Positions 30,365 to 39,725 of a stretch of 64,000 nucleotides of DNA are shown here, one piece after another (the stretch's first letter is position 1; every line of letters begins with the position of its first letter). Source of the stretch: an uncultured Alphaproteobacteria bacterium (GTDB lineage Bacteria; Pseudomonadota; Alphaproteobacteria; RF32; CAG-239). The notes beneath the pieces were generated by a model. It saw only the letters and a list, made by a program, of their open reading frames with translations, made no database searches and was not told the DNA's origin. The translations under genes were made by a program, and so were the position numbers. The stretch spans positions 11,912 to 75,911 of the forward strand of contig CANPYS010000002.1 of the NCBI GenBank assembly GCA_947588655.1. Reading direction: 5' to 3'.

Positions 30365-30468
30365 ATGTATTATAAGATTTAATAAAAGGTTGTAATTTTT
30401 TTGTTTCTATTTAATATAAGAAAAAATTTACTATATTTTTAATCTCAGATTTTACGAAAGGAAAAACC

Positions 30469-30783
30469 ATGCAGTCAATTAAAGATGATGAATTTCAAAA
30501 AGAAGTTTTAGATTCAAAAGGTCTTGTTTTGGTGGATTTTTGGGCAGAATGGTGCGGCCCTTGCCGTCAGCTTGGCCCTGTTTTGGAAGAGGTTTCTAAA
30601 GAAATGGGCGATACTGTTAAATTTTGCAAAATGAATGTTGATGAAGCGCCAAATACCGCCGCACAATTCGGCATTAGGAGCATTCCGACAATGTTTTTGT
30701 TCAAAGACGGCAAACAAATTGATGTTAAAGTCGGCTTTAATGCCCAATCTGCTATAACTTCATGGCTCAATGGGCATAAATAA
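30469..30783 (+). CDS. trxA: Thioredoxin
   Basis: WCGPC active site; 104 aa; conserved addB-addA-trxA context. Confidence 0.93.
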   Translation: MQSIKDDEFQKEVLDSKGLVLVDFWAEWCGPCRQLGPVLEEVSKEMGDTVKFCKMNVDEAPNTAAQFGIRSIPTMFLFKDGKQIDVKVGFNAQSAITSWLNGHK

Positions 30784-30797
30784 TTTGAAACTTTGTT

Positions 30798-30828
30798 TAA
30801 AAATCCGGCTTTTTGCCGGATTTTTTAA
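30798..30828 (+). terminator. Intrinsic terminator after trxA
   Basis: aaaaatccggc-ttttt-gccggatttttt hairpin plus T-run. Confidence 0.7.
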
Positions 30829-30890
30829 TTGTTCAGTAACATTTTTAAGATAATTTATTTGTAATTGTAATATAAATAAAGGTTATATCT

Positions 30891-31853
30891 ATGGTCAAAA
30901 TTAATGACGTCCCTTTTTCGGATATTTACATCACCCCTGAAAAAGTTGCTTATATCCCCGATACACAAACCGAAAATGGCTTGCAAATTTTTGAGCCTGA
31001 AGATTTTGGCGTTTTTTATGCTCTGCTTGAAGAAAAATATAAGGGCAACTCTAGCTACTCGGTTTGTTATGAAAACGTTTTTTTCCGCGTTGAAAAAAGT
31101 ATGACCGTTACAGGCGTGCAATATTGCGCGCGCAAAATGCCCAAAACTGTGCCTGATTTTAGAAATTTGGGCTTTCATAAAGAATTAACCGAATATCTTT
31201 TAAACCTTTGCAAAGCATCGGGGCTGATTTTGTGGTCGGGCGCAACAGGCTCGGGCAAAACAACCGCGATTTCATCGCTCTTAAAAGAGTTTTTAATTCA
31301 AGAGGGCGGCTTTGCTTATACGATTGAAGACCCTGCTGAAATGCCTCTTGACGGCGAATATACCGCCTTAAACGGCTCGTTCGGACTATGCAAACAAACC
31401 AACCCGATTGATGATAAATGGGGCGAATCGTTAAAATCGGCTTTGCGTTCTAAACCGCGTTATATTTTGGTTGGCGAAATCAGAACGCCTGACGCCGCCT
31501 CTGAGTGCCTACGCGCCGCAACATCAGGGCACTTGGTGTTGTCTACCATTCACGCCAACAATATTCCTGACGCTGTTAACGCCCTTGTGAAATATGCCTC
31601 GGCAGGCGATATGAGTGAGGATTTGGCTTATGATATGCTCTCGCGCGGACTTTTGGGCGTGATGCACCAAACACTCCGCGGTACAGGCGTTAAAACGCCA
31701 GTGTTACGCTTTTTGTTCGCTAACCCCGATACGCGCAAAGGATGTCAGGTAAGATCTATTATCAAGAGCGGCAAAGTCAACCTTGCCACACCAATTGAAA
31801 CGCAAATGACGCGCTTGGCACAAGGTCGTCCTATTTTTGAAGATTATGAATAA
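30891..31853 (+). CDS. PilT/BfpF/DotB-like hexameric secretion ATPase (putative pilus retraction ATPase)
   Basis: 320 aa. Walker A WSGATGSGKTT, Asp box …YTIEDPAEM…, Walker B/His box RYILVGEIRTPDAASECLRAATSGHLVLSTIHANN. Colinear with PilT and lacks the long N-terminal domain of GspE/PilB. Confidence 0.72.
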   Translation: MVKINDVPFSDIYITPEKVAYIPDTQTENGLQIFEPEDFGVFYALLEEKYKGNSSYSVCYENVFFRVEKSMTVTGVQYCARKMPKTVPDFRNLGFHKELTEYLLNLCKASGLILWSGATGSGKTTAISSLLKEFLIQEGGFAYTIEDPAEMPLDGEYTALNGSFGLCKQTNPIDDKWGESLKSALRSKPRYILVGEIRTPDAASECLRAATSGHLVLSTIHANNIPDAVNALVKYASAGDMSEDLAYDMLSRGLLGVMHQTLRGTGVKTPVLRFLFANPDTRKGCQVRSIIKSGKVNLATPIETQMTRLAQGRPIFEDYE

Positions 31854-32417
31854 TTATTCAAAAAACCAGCTCAACGCGTTGGTTTTGCCGCAGATTTCTG
31901 CGGCTTTTTCTTTATCAATCGGGAGCGTGTTTTCGCCACCCCATTCAAACGTTTGCGTCTGATTGTCGGTGCTGATTACAATTTTTAACAAACCCGCTTT
32001 AAACGAATCGGACATCGGCGCGGCAGCTAAATAGCGGCAAGCCTTGGCGCTAATTTCAGGAATTGTAACCACAAACTCGCGACTTCCGATTGAAACCGCA
32101 TTCCCAAGCGAATCGCCACCAATTAAAAGCTCTTTGCCAAGCGCTGATATAATTTTACCGTTACGATTCATTTGCGGATCTATAATGCCTTTTTGGAGCG
32201 CTGTTGCCGTGTCTAAACCCCAATAATTGGGTTGGCGGTTATAATGCTGTCTGATAGATTCTGCTAACGATTCAACCTGAATTTGCGTCTTTTCAAAGCT
32301 TTTTTGCGCTGAAGGCCAAAGCAATATCAATAACAAAAATGCCAAAAACGCAATGCCGAAAGCCAAAACATATTTGTTTTGATAGTTTCTGATTTTCGGC
32401 AAGTTTATGGTTATCAT
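31854..32417 (-). CDS. Pilin-like / pilus structural protein candidate (occupies the pilS position after pilR)
   Basis: Start ATG 32417 is coupled to the pilR-like stop (TAAAATG). It encodes MITINLPKIRNYQNKYVLAFGIAFLAFLLLILLWPS…: a basic N-region then one hydrophobic helix, but no canonical G/(F,M)xxxE prepilin site. Confidence 0.3.
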   Translation of the reverse strand: MITINLPKIRNYQNKYVLAFGIAFLAFLLLILLWPSAQKSFEKTQIQVESLAESIRQHYNRQPNYWGLDTATALQKGIIDPQMNRNGKIISALGKELLIGGDSLGNAVSIGSREFVVTIPEISAKACRYLAAAPMSDSFKAGLLKIVISTDNQTQTFEWGGENTLPIDKEKAAEICGKTNALSWFFE

Positions 32418-32418
32418 T

Positions 32419-33537
32419 TTAGCCTCCCATAGCGCTGGTGATTTGATCTTGCATCTCAAACACGCCAAACACCGCCCAAGCAATAACGCCTGCGATTGAA
32501 AGCAACGCCACCATATTCAAAATGCCGGCTTTTTGTTCAATCATATAAACCGATTCTTCAAGCCACTCGTTGGCGAGTTTTTCAAGCGCCTCTTCAAAGT
32601 TATCCAATTCAGAATAAATTTTCAAATCGGCAATAATTTCTTTATCAGGAAAGCCCAAGCCCGTTTTCATAAGCGCTTGCCCTAAGTTATCGCCGTTTTT
32701 GATGTAAATAAGCGTTTTATCAATGCGCTCTTTCAAATAAGTGTTTGAATCGCGCCGTAAAGACGTTAAAGCGGTTGAAACAGGCACGCCACCTTTTACT
32801 AGAGCGGAAAGCGCCAAAAGCCATGTAATGCCTGAAAACACCTTGTATAATGACCAAGGCGGAATGTTATCAAACATCGCGCGAATCGGCCCCGTCCAAA
32901 TGCCGATGGTCACATATATCACAAACATAATGATTGGGAACGTTAAAAACGCCGCCAACCAGTTTTCTTTAATCCAGGCGGAAAGGTCAACCAATGTTTT
33001 TGCCGTGCCAACCCAGCGCGTGCCAGGGGCGGCATCAATCATCGGCGGCACCATATACACACCAATTGCCCAAATAATTAAAACCGCCGCCATTAACAAA
33101 AACGACGGATAAGAAATTGCGCCGATAATCGGGCGAATCATTTTGGTTGAACCCTCAGTCACTTTAATCAGGTTTAAAAGCGCGCTTTCCAAGTCTGAAA
33201 CATCGCCCACGGAAAGCATTAGTCTTTCACGGCTCGGTGCCCAACCCTTTAAAGCATCTGAAAAAGGCAAACCATTTTGTAGCGAACGTCCCCAACTTGC
33301 TAAAGCAATTGCCATAGGCTCTCCAGGGTTTTTGCCACCATTTGTTATGCCGTCATGCAACATATCAAGCGCGTCCATTAATGAAAACCGGTTGCGCATT
33401 AATGACGCTAGTTTACGATAAATTTTTAACCGCGCACTGTTTGAAAAATTGCAAACCATTTTGGCATAATAAACCTCTATGGTGTTTAATGATCTGATTG
33501 CACGACTAAAAGATTGCGTTTTATTATGTTCAGGCAT
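32419..33537 (-). CDS. Type IV pilus/T2SS inner-membrane platform protein (GspF/PilC/PilR family)
   Basis: 372 aa; cytoplasmic N-terminal GspF-like domain followed by three hydrophobic segments; adjacent to and coupled with the GspE-family ATPase. Confidence 0.72.
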   Translation of the reverse strand: MPEHNKTQSFSRAIRSLNTIEVYYAKMVCNFSNSARLKIYRKLASLMRNRFSLMDALDMLHDGITNGGKNPGEPMAIALASWGRSLQNGLPFSDALKGWAPSRERLMLSVGDVSDLESALLNLIKVTEGSTKMIRPIIGAISYPSFLLMAAVLIIWAIGVYMVPPMIDAAPGTRWVGTAKTLVDLSAWIKENWLAAFLTFPIIMFVIYVTIGIWTGPIRAMFDNIPPWSLYKVFSGITWLLALSALVKGGVPVSTALTSLRRDSNTYLKERIDKTLIYIKNGDNLGQALMKTGLGFPDKEIIADLKIYSELDNFEEALEKLANEWLEESVYMIEQKAGILNMVALLSIAGVIAWAVFGVFEMQDQITSAMGG

Positions 33538-33547
33538 AAATTATCTC

Positions 33548-35224
33548 CTAGTAAACAGGACGCTGATCCAACAAGCCGCACCAACGCTCCACTTCGTCTA
33601 AATCAATATAACCCTTTAACATACGTTCAAGCGCCGCATCACGCAACGGCCGACCGTCAAGTTCACTTACCCAATAGTCAATGGCACGTTTGGTATCGCC
33701 GCTTATCATCAACTGCAAAAACATCGCGTCTGGCAAAATAATTTCAGGCACAGACAAGCGTCCGTTAAAGCCCTTGTAGCCACACGCCTTGCACCCTGGG
33801 CCACGCACATATGTATTTTCAATGCCAAAGTCGCCCAAGGCTGTTTTTAAGCGTTCAAACGAGGGGTCTTGCATGCGCTGCTTAACCGAAACACGACAAT
33901 GCGGGCAAAGCCTTCTAAACAAACGTTGCGAGATAAGCCCTTTCATCAATTCAGGATCTGCAAGCATATAAGGCTGAACACCCATATCGCGCAGACGGGT
34001 AATAATCGCCGGCGCCGAGTTGGCGTGCAACGTTGTCCACACGCCGTGACCAGAAAGCGCGCCCTTAAAGGTTAATTCTGCGGCGGAAAGCGAACGAATT
34101 TCACCGACCATCATCACATCAGGGTCAGAACGCAAGGCGGCGTTCAAAGCTTTTGTAAATTCGCCCTCTTTTTCTTCTTCAGTGTTGGCGTTCGTCACAG
34201 GCATTTGTCGCGCACCCGGGATTGGGTACTCCGGCGGATCTTCCACTGTTAAAAGGTTGATTTCATAGTTCTTTTCTTGCAAAAGCTTAATCATATTTCT
34301 TTGCAAGGTCGTTGATTTACCGGAGCCCGTCGGACCTGCAATAATGTTTAAGCCAACCGGCACGGCGCGTAAGCGATAAAACAAATTTTCTTCACGCTCG
34401 CCAAAGCCCAAAGCACGCAAGTCCGAACTTCCGTCAGGGTTGTCATCGGCGTACAGAAGACGCATAACCAAATATTGCGAACCAAAAGCAATTGGGTTAA
34501 ATTGTAAACGAATAGCCAAAACGTTGTGTGGCAACATCAAGCGACCGTTTGAACCACGCAACGGCGTTTCGCCTAATTTTTGCGCGCCCTGAAACTCGTT
34601 CTGCGCATAGTTTGAGTCTGAAATATCGGCAGATGCAAACGCGGCACGCACAAACGCCTCGCCCCATTCTTTGTTGTATTCCATTTGCCGAACCATCATA
34701 CCGTTGATTCTGAACATCACAAGCGTTGAATCAGCCACAACAATATGCACGTCGGACACCTTTTGCACAGATGCGCGCGATACAATATTGATGAAGTCAA
34801 TCTGCATTTGCATCTGGTCAAGGTTTTCGCCCTCAATGTCCGTTAAACCGATACCGCGCTCGGCATAAGCATAAATGGCGCTGATTTCGTTTTGCGAAAC
34901 ATAATTTGGCGGATTTATCGGCAGTTTGCGGCGCTTGATGGTCTTTTCAAAGTTATAAACCAAACCGTCAAAACGGTGTTCTTTTGAAACCAAATATGTG
35001 CCGTCTGAAAACAACGCCAACAGGCGGCGCGTTTCATCGCTGATTTGAATATCAGGGTTGCTCGGCAGTGTGATAAGCTTGTTGCCTGCGCCAAAAAGCT
35101 TTTCTAAGATATTAACCTTATGCGTCTGCTCAGTAGATGTTTCAAGCAAATAAGAACCGGAAGAAGGCGTCTCGGTTTTGGCGTCTTGCTGATTGGGCGA
35201 AGTATTTTCCTTTTTATCGGCCAT
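33548..35224 (-). CDS. Type IVb pilus assembly ATPase (GspE/PilB/PilQ-R64/BfpD family)
   Basis: Walker A GPTGSGKSTTL, Asp box LLTVEDPPEYPIPG, Walker B DVMMVGEIR, His box SGHGVWTTLHANSA, tetracysteine CPHC…CKAC; 558 aa. Confidence 0.88.
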   Translation of the reverse strand: MADKKENTSPNQQDAKTETPSSGSYLLETSTEQTHKVNILEKLFGAGNKLITLPSNPDIQISDETRRLLALFSDGTYLVSKEHRFDGLVYNFEKTIKRRKLPINPPNYVSQNEISAIYAYAERGIGLTDIEGENLDQMQMQIDFINIVSRASVQKVSDVHIVVADSTLVMFRINGMMVRQMEYNKEWGEAFVRAAFASADISDSNYAQNEFQGAQKLGETPLRGSNGRLMLPHNVLAIRLQFNPIAFGSQYLVMRLLYADDNPDGSSDLRALGFGEREENLFYRLRAVPVGLNIIAGPTGSGKSTTLQRNMIKLLQEKNYEINLLTVEDPPEYPIPGARQMPVTNANTEEEKEGEFTKALNAALRSDPDVMMVGEIRSLSAAELTFKGALSGHGVWTTLHANSAPAIITRLRDMGVQPYMLADPELMKGLISQRLFRRLCPHCRVSVKQRMQDPSFERLKTALGDFGIENTYVRGPGCKACGYKGFNGRLSVPEIILPDAMFLQLMISGDTKRAIDYWVSELDGRPLRDAALERMLKGYIDLDEVERWCGLLDQRPVY

Positions 35225-35241
35225 CTTCCAGTTTTCCAGTC

Positions 35242-36789
35242 TTATTTAACAAACATACCCGCACCTAATGAAGGCATACCTTTCGTTGCGGTTAAGCCTG
35301 CATTTGTATTGCCCTTTTTCTTAGGAGCAATAATCTTTTTGGCTTTATTGATTGTGCCTGAAAGCGTTTCCTCAGATTCAACAAAAGGCTCCGGTTCAAC
35401 ATTTGTCGCTGATGTGCTGGTGTATAAAAAGTCTTTTAAGCCGTTTCTATCAAACTGAATATAGTTCTTGCCGATTTTTTCAACCGCGTGCCCTGTTTGC
35501 AAAAGCGTGCCCTCGCGCACCATAAACGACTGACCATCCTTGTTCATTAAGGTCGCGTTCATTTCATCGCCTTTGCCTGTGATGTCTAAAATGGCATATT
35601 CCTTGGCAATGGCAATAGGAGCAATTTCTGCGTCAATCTCATCACCCTCATCTGTTACGGTTTTGCCGTCAGCTGTTGTTGTTTCGCTAGGTTTGCCCGA
35701 GAACGGATTTTCGGTTTTATTTTTAAGCTCTAATTCGGTTGCTTCCAAACGCTTGCGCAACTGCACATTCTGCGCCGTTAAATTTGCAATGGCGCGGTCA
35801 TGATTGCCCTTTGCCTCGCTGGCAACGTTGACAAGCTTGTCCGTCCTGTTTGAAAGATTTTCTAGCTTTTCTTTATAAACATCTGAAATGCGCTTGCGGT
35901 CTTCTTCAACATCTTGAATTTTTTTGTAAAGCTTGGCATTTTCTTGAATCCAAGTCTGATTTTCTTTCAACATCTGATTCATATAAGCCGTTAAAACTTT
36001 GCGCTGTTTTAATTTTTCAAGCTGAATTTCCTTTTCCTTTAAGGCTTGCTGTTCGCGCAAAATTTTAGCTTTCTGTTCTGTTTCCCATTCTTGTTGCTTG
36101 CGCTGTTTTTCTTCTTCAGCCGCCAATTTTTCCTGATAAGCTTTTTCGCGCTGTTCCTTAATTGCCGCCAATTCGTTCTTCAATTTTTCGCGGCGCAGTT
36201 CAAGCGTTAAAAGCGTTGTTTGCTTTTCAATATCTGACATCTGGCTGAAAAGATCATTATTAATCAACGAAAGCAGGCTATCACCAAATTGCGGTTCAGA
36301 TTTCGGTACAATTTCTTCAACCGTGGCAAGCGGTGCAGTTGCCGTTGCCGTTGTTGTTTCCGGCAAAGCTGGTTTTGTTTCAGGCGAGGCTTGCTCCGGC
36401 TGATTTTTTAATTCAAGCGAAAAATCTTCCGGTTTGCTATCCTCCGCAGGTTTTTCTTCAGCCTTAGGCGCTTCTTCAGCCTTAGACGTTTCTTCAACTT
36501 GCGTATCAGGAAGAGCCTCTTCCGGTGTCGGTGGGGTTATCAGAGCACTCTCGTCAAGCGGAATAATCTCGTCAGTTGTTTCCAAAACCTCAACTTCCGC
36601 CTGTGGCTTTTCTTCTTCCGTGGTCGCGGGTGTTGCCGCCGGTTCTTTATTTTCCAAAGAAGGCGCGTCGGTTTCTTCAACAAGCGTAACCACGCCTTGT
36701 GCCTTAGCATTGCTCACCCCAAGCAAAACCAAAACAACGGCGAAAAGCATATTTTTATTCAACTTATAAAACATAGATTGCTCCTTCAT
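35242..36789 (-). CDS. Periplasmic coiled-coil protein with a PilP-like C-terminal domain (PilP position)
   Basis: Signal peptide (MLFAVVLVLLGVSNAKA); ~150-aa P/E/T-rich low-complexity region; ~170-aa K/E/Q coiled coil; C-terminal β-rich segment (…AILDITGKGDEMNATLMNKDGQSFMVREGTLLQTGHAVEKIG…) resembling PilP/GspC secretin-binding domains. Confidence 0.4.
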   Translation of the reverse strand: MKEQSMFYKLNKNMLFAVVLVLLGVSNAKAQGVVTLVEETDAPSLENKEPAATPATTEEEKPQAEVEVLETTDEIIPLDESALITPPTPEEALPDTQVEETSKAEEAPKAEEKPAEDSKPEDFSLELKNQPEQASPETKPALPETTTATATAPLATVEEIVPKSEPQFGDSLLSLINNDLFSQMSDIEKQTTLLTLELRREKLKNELAAIKEQREKAYQEKLAAEEEKQRKQQEWETEQKAKILREQQALKEKEIQLEKLKQRKVLTAYMNQMLKENQTWIQENAKLYKKIQDVEEDRKRISDVYKEKLENLSNRTDKLVNVASEAKGNHDRAIANLTAQNVQLRKRLEATELELKNKTENPFSGKPSETTTADGKTVTDEGDEIDAEIAPIAIAKEYAILDITGKGDEMNATLMNKDGQSFMVREGTLLQTGHAVEKIGKNYIQFDRNGLKDFLYTSTSATNVEPEPFVESEETLSGTINKAKKIIAPKKKGNTNAGLTATKGMPSLGAGMFVK

Positions 36790-38056
36790 ATTGCCAGTTG
36801 TTACTGTCTACGTTATACCTTATAGTATTGACCTTAAGTCCTGAAAATTTTGTTAACAAATCGTTCCATTCCAACGGATTATGCGTTGAACCAAAACTAA
36901 AGCCTATCAGCCTATATACTTTTTGCTGTGGCGATGTCCAGGTTTGTGGTTGCATTGAGATAGGCATTTCCAAGGCTTGAAACAAGTCGTTTATTGTATT
37001 AATTAAATCTGTCTGATTTTTATCAGGTGGCGAATTAAGCGTTTGAGGCTTATCAACCGCGATTGAAACAATAACACTGTTGCCGTCTGGCGATATTGAA
37101 CGGCTTGTAAAAGGCAAGCCCGAATTATTTAACGCTTTATCAATCCATGTAATACGCCCAATTTCACGCCGCCAAGAAGTGACAAGCGATGACGAATTAC
37201 AAGTGATGCCCTGCAACTTCCACCCCGGTGTCATTAACTGCACAACCGCTTGTGTGGCATAATAACAATGCGCTAAAACTTGCGTTGGATTTTCCACGCT
37301 TTCCCAAGGTTTTGGCTCAGGCGGTGGCGGTGGTGGCGTTTCAATGCGGCGCACCGGCACCGGCGCGATAATCGGCTTTTTGGGCGCTGATAAGAACAAA
37401 CTGTTCACAAGCGTTGAAATAAGCCAAATTCCAACAATGCCCGCCGCCGCCCATACCGCTAAAAGCTTGGCGCCGCGCAAAGCACGAATTTTTTCAAGTT
37501 TGGCGACTGTGCCTCTTTGTAAAATTTCGGCTAAATCAGGGTTTTCAGTTTCATCAATGCCCCATTCCGCCGGCGCAATCTTGCGTCCCCAATCCGGCAC
37601 GGCAAGCATAGACATAAACTGATCTTTAGCGTCTTGCTCGTTGACAAAGAGCATATCGCCATCGGAAAGGATAATATCGTTACGGGCGCAGACATACCAC
37701 CAACCTTTGTCAACCTTGAAAACCGCTAAAAATGATGTCCTATCCGACCAAGCCGTTGCCAAAGCGACTGCTGCCGCCGGCATACCCTTTTTATAACCCT
37801 GAAAAGATATGCACAAACCAAATTGTGTGGCTTTGCCAGGTTTAATTGTAAATAAATCAGCACCCTCTAAAACGTTTTCAGAGGCGTCAATAATTTCAGG
37901 AAACGGATCATCGCGGCGTTGCAAGGACTGCCAAAACAGGCTTGCGGCATAGCTCACACCACCAAGCGTAAAGTTTGTTTCCCAAGCTTTAGCTTCGTCC
38001 CTTGGCGCTTGCTCCGTGACCGGCGTGTTCTCGTCTAATTTGGCGTCCTCTAACAT
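36764..38056 (-). CDS. Bitopic inner-membrane assembly protein (PilO of R64 / BfpC-like)
   Basis: 430 aa; ~200-aa cytoplasmic domain, a single TM (KLLAVWAAAGIVGIWLISTLV), proline-rich linker, ~200-aa periplasmic domain; it sits between the secretin and PilP-like genes as in R64 pilN-pilO-pilP. Confidence 0.45.
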   Translation of the reverse strand: MLEDAKLDENTPVTEQAPRDEAKAWETNFTLGGVSYAASLFWQSLQRRDDPFPEIIDASENVLEGADLFTIKPGKATQFGLCISFQGYKKGMPAAAVALATAWSDRTSFLAVFKVDKGWWYVCARNDIILSDGDMLFVNEQDAKDQFMSMLAVPDWGRKIAPAEWGIDETENPDLAEILQRGTVAKLEKIRALRGAKLLAVWAAAGIVGIWLISTLVNSLFLSAPKKPIIAPVPVRRIETPPPPPPEPKPWESVENPTQVLAHCYYATQAVVQLMTPGWKLQGITCNSSSLVTSWRREIGRITWIDKALNNSGLPFTSRSISPDGNSVIVSIAVDKPQTLNSPPDKNQTDLINTINDLFQALEMPISMQPQTWTSPQQKVYRLIGFSFGSTHNPLEWNDLLTKFSGLKVNTIRYNVDSNNWQYEGAIYVL

Positions 38057-38072
38057 TTACGTTCCTTTTAGC

Positions 38073-39725
38073 CTAAAGTTTCATACGCGATTCCGGCATT
38101 AAGGGTGATTCCAAAACCACCGGCGTCAACATAATAACCAAAATACTGCGTGTTTTTTCAGCTGTGGCGGTACCGCCCAAAATTGAATTTTCAGCCGAGC
38201 CCGTACCTGTCTTATTCACAGAGTTTTCAACACGCTCATAACCGCTCAAAATAAGCGTTTCGCCTGATGTTAAAGCAACTTCCTGCGTAAAACCGCGCGT
38301 TTCAATAATCGGGTTTTGAATGTATTGACCGCTATTCGGATTTTCCGGATCGCTTGAACCGCCTAAGTCAACCTTTTCAAGCGCAATCAAGTCAGAAAGC
38401 GTAAGGTTAAACATCATCATCATACGACCATGCTCCAAAATGCGGGGCAAAACGTCAAGCGTGAAACCTGTTTCAATTTCTTCCGTTTCGGTGGAAAGAT
38501 CATAATAACTGCCGTCCGAACCCGAGTTTGTTTTGGTAATTTCAGAAATGTAGTTTTGTGTCTGAATAACTTGAATCGGCGCGGGCTTGTTGTTCAAGGT
38601 TGTCACCGTACCGCTCGTAATTAAGTTCGTGGTGCCTTGCTCTGAAAGCGCTTGCAAAACGGCGTTAATGTTCCAATCGCCCGAAACAATGTTCATAGAA
38701 AGCGTGTTCGGGACTTCAGCACCCAAGCCACCCGCACCGGCAATACCGACGTTACGAATCGCATTTTTAGAGCTTGCAAACGCCGCGTTTAAGTCTAAAC
38801 CATACTGGTCGCTATCTGTTATATTAACTTGCAAGACTTTAACACTAATTGCCACTTGGCGCGAAAGTCTGATGTTTTGCTCGTGGATAAACTTCGCCGC
38901 CTTGCGAATATCCATCGGCGTACCCGTTAAGGTAATTGTGCCGTTAGATTGGTCGGTTGTCATTGTCGCGCCCTTGCTGATTAAAGACTTTAAGGAGCTT
39001 TCAATGTTTGACCACAAATCAATAGAAATGTTGGAGCTTAAAGAAACAGACGACGAACCGCCACTTCCTTCTGTGGACGAGCCACCAACGTTAACAGACA
39101 ACGACGGCTTGGTTGGCAACGAATATAGCACAAATGTTTTGGTGATGTATTTATAAAACGTGATTTGTTTCTTTTCATACTTCCACCAAATGCCAAAACG
39201 ATTGCTCACTTCATCAAGCAAGCCGCTTAAAGGCCCTTTATATGAGAGGAGCATTTTATCGCTTTCTGTCCATTGTGCGCCAATCGTTTCCAAACTGGGC
39301 TGATTGTTATCCGCAACACGAATCGCATCTTGCTCTAAGTCATTTTCATAGCGCACGGACAATGATGTGATTTTATTAATCATATCGCCAATTTCATAAA
39401 GCGAAATCGGGCGGTTGCTGATTAAAGTAATGCCGTCCGGCCCTTCTAAGTAACTTGGCAAAGGCAAGCCCTCGTATTCAACCTCGCTTGTATCGCCAAG
39501 CCAAATATCGTTTTTAACCCGCACCACATCATTCGTGGCAACGGGCATGGGCGTTTTTGCCTCTTCTTTTAAACGCACCGTATTTTCAACCTCGCGCTCA
39601 ATGGTCGCGTCCATATCGGTTGAGATGGAGCAGGCGGCCAAACCCGTTAAAGCCGCACCCAAGGTTAAACAAACAGCCTTATTCATACGCATTTTCATCC
39701 TCCATCGTTTCAACAACCAAGACAC
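38073..39725 (-). CDS. Outer-membrane lipoprotein secretin (PilN-R64 / BfpB type)
   Basis: Lipobox LTGLAAC after an n/h region. C-terminal secretin signature …GETLILSGYERVENS…KTRSILVIMLTPVVL; glycine/serine-rich central region; ~530-550 aa like R64 PilN/BfpB. Confidence 0.8.
   Translation of the reverse strand: MSWLLKRWRMKMRMNKAVCLTLGAALTGLAACSISTDMDATIEREVENTVRLKEEAKTPMPVATNDVVRVKNDIWLGDTSEVEYEGLPLPSYLEGPDGITLISNRPISLYEIGDMINKITSLSVRYENDLEQDAIRVADNNQPSLETIGAQWTESDKMLLSYKGPLSGLLDEVSNRFGIWWKYEKKQITFYKYITKTFVLYSLPTKPSLSVNVGGSSTEGSGGSSSVSLSSNISIDLWSNIESSLKSLISKGATMTTDQSNGTITLTGTPMDIRKAAKFIHEQNIRLSRQVAISVKVLQVNITDSDQYGLDLNAAFASSKNAIRNVGIAGAGGLGAEVPNTLSMNIVSGDWNINAVLQALSEQGTTNLITSGTVTTLNNKPAPIQVIQTQNYISEITKTNSGSDGSYYDLSTETEEIETGFTLDVLPRILEHGRMMMMFNLTLSDLIALEKVDLGGSSDPENPNSGQYIQNPIIETRGFTQEVALTSGETLILSGYERVENSVNKTGTGSAENSILGGTATAEKTRSILVIMLTPVVLESPLMPESRMKL

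Noticed and set aside
35242-36400. Apparent amino-acid repeats in the P/E/T-rich parts of the PilP-like and OmpA-like proteins as tandem DNA repeats
   Set aside because: Inspection shows compositional low complexity without a fixed-length nucleotide unit, unlike the 15-bp minisatellite.
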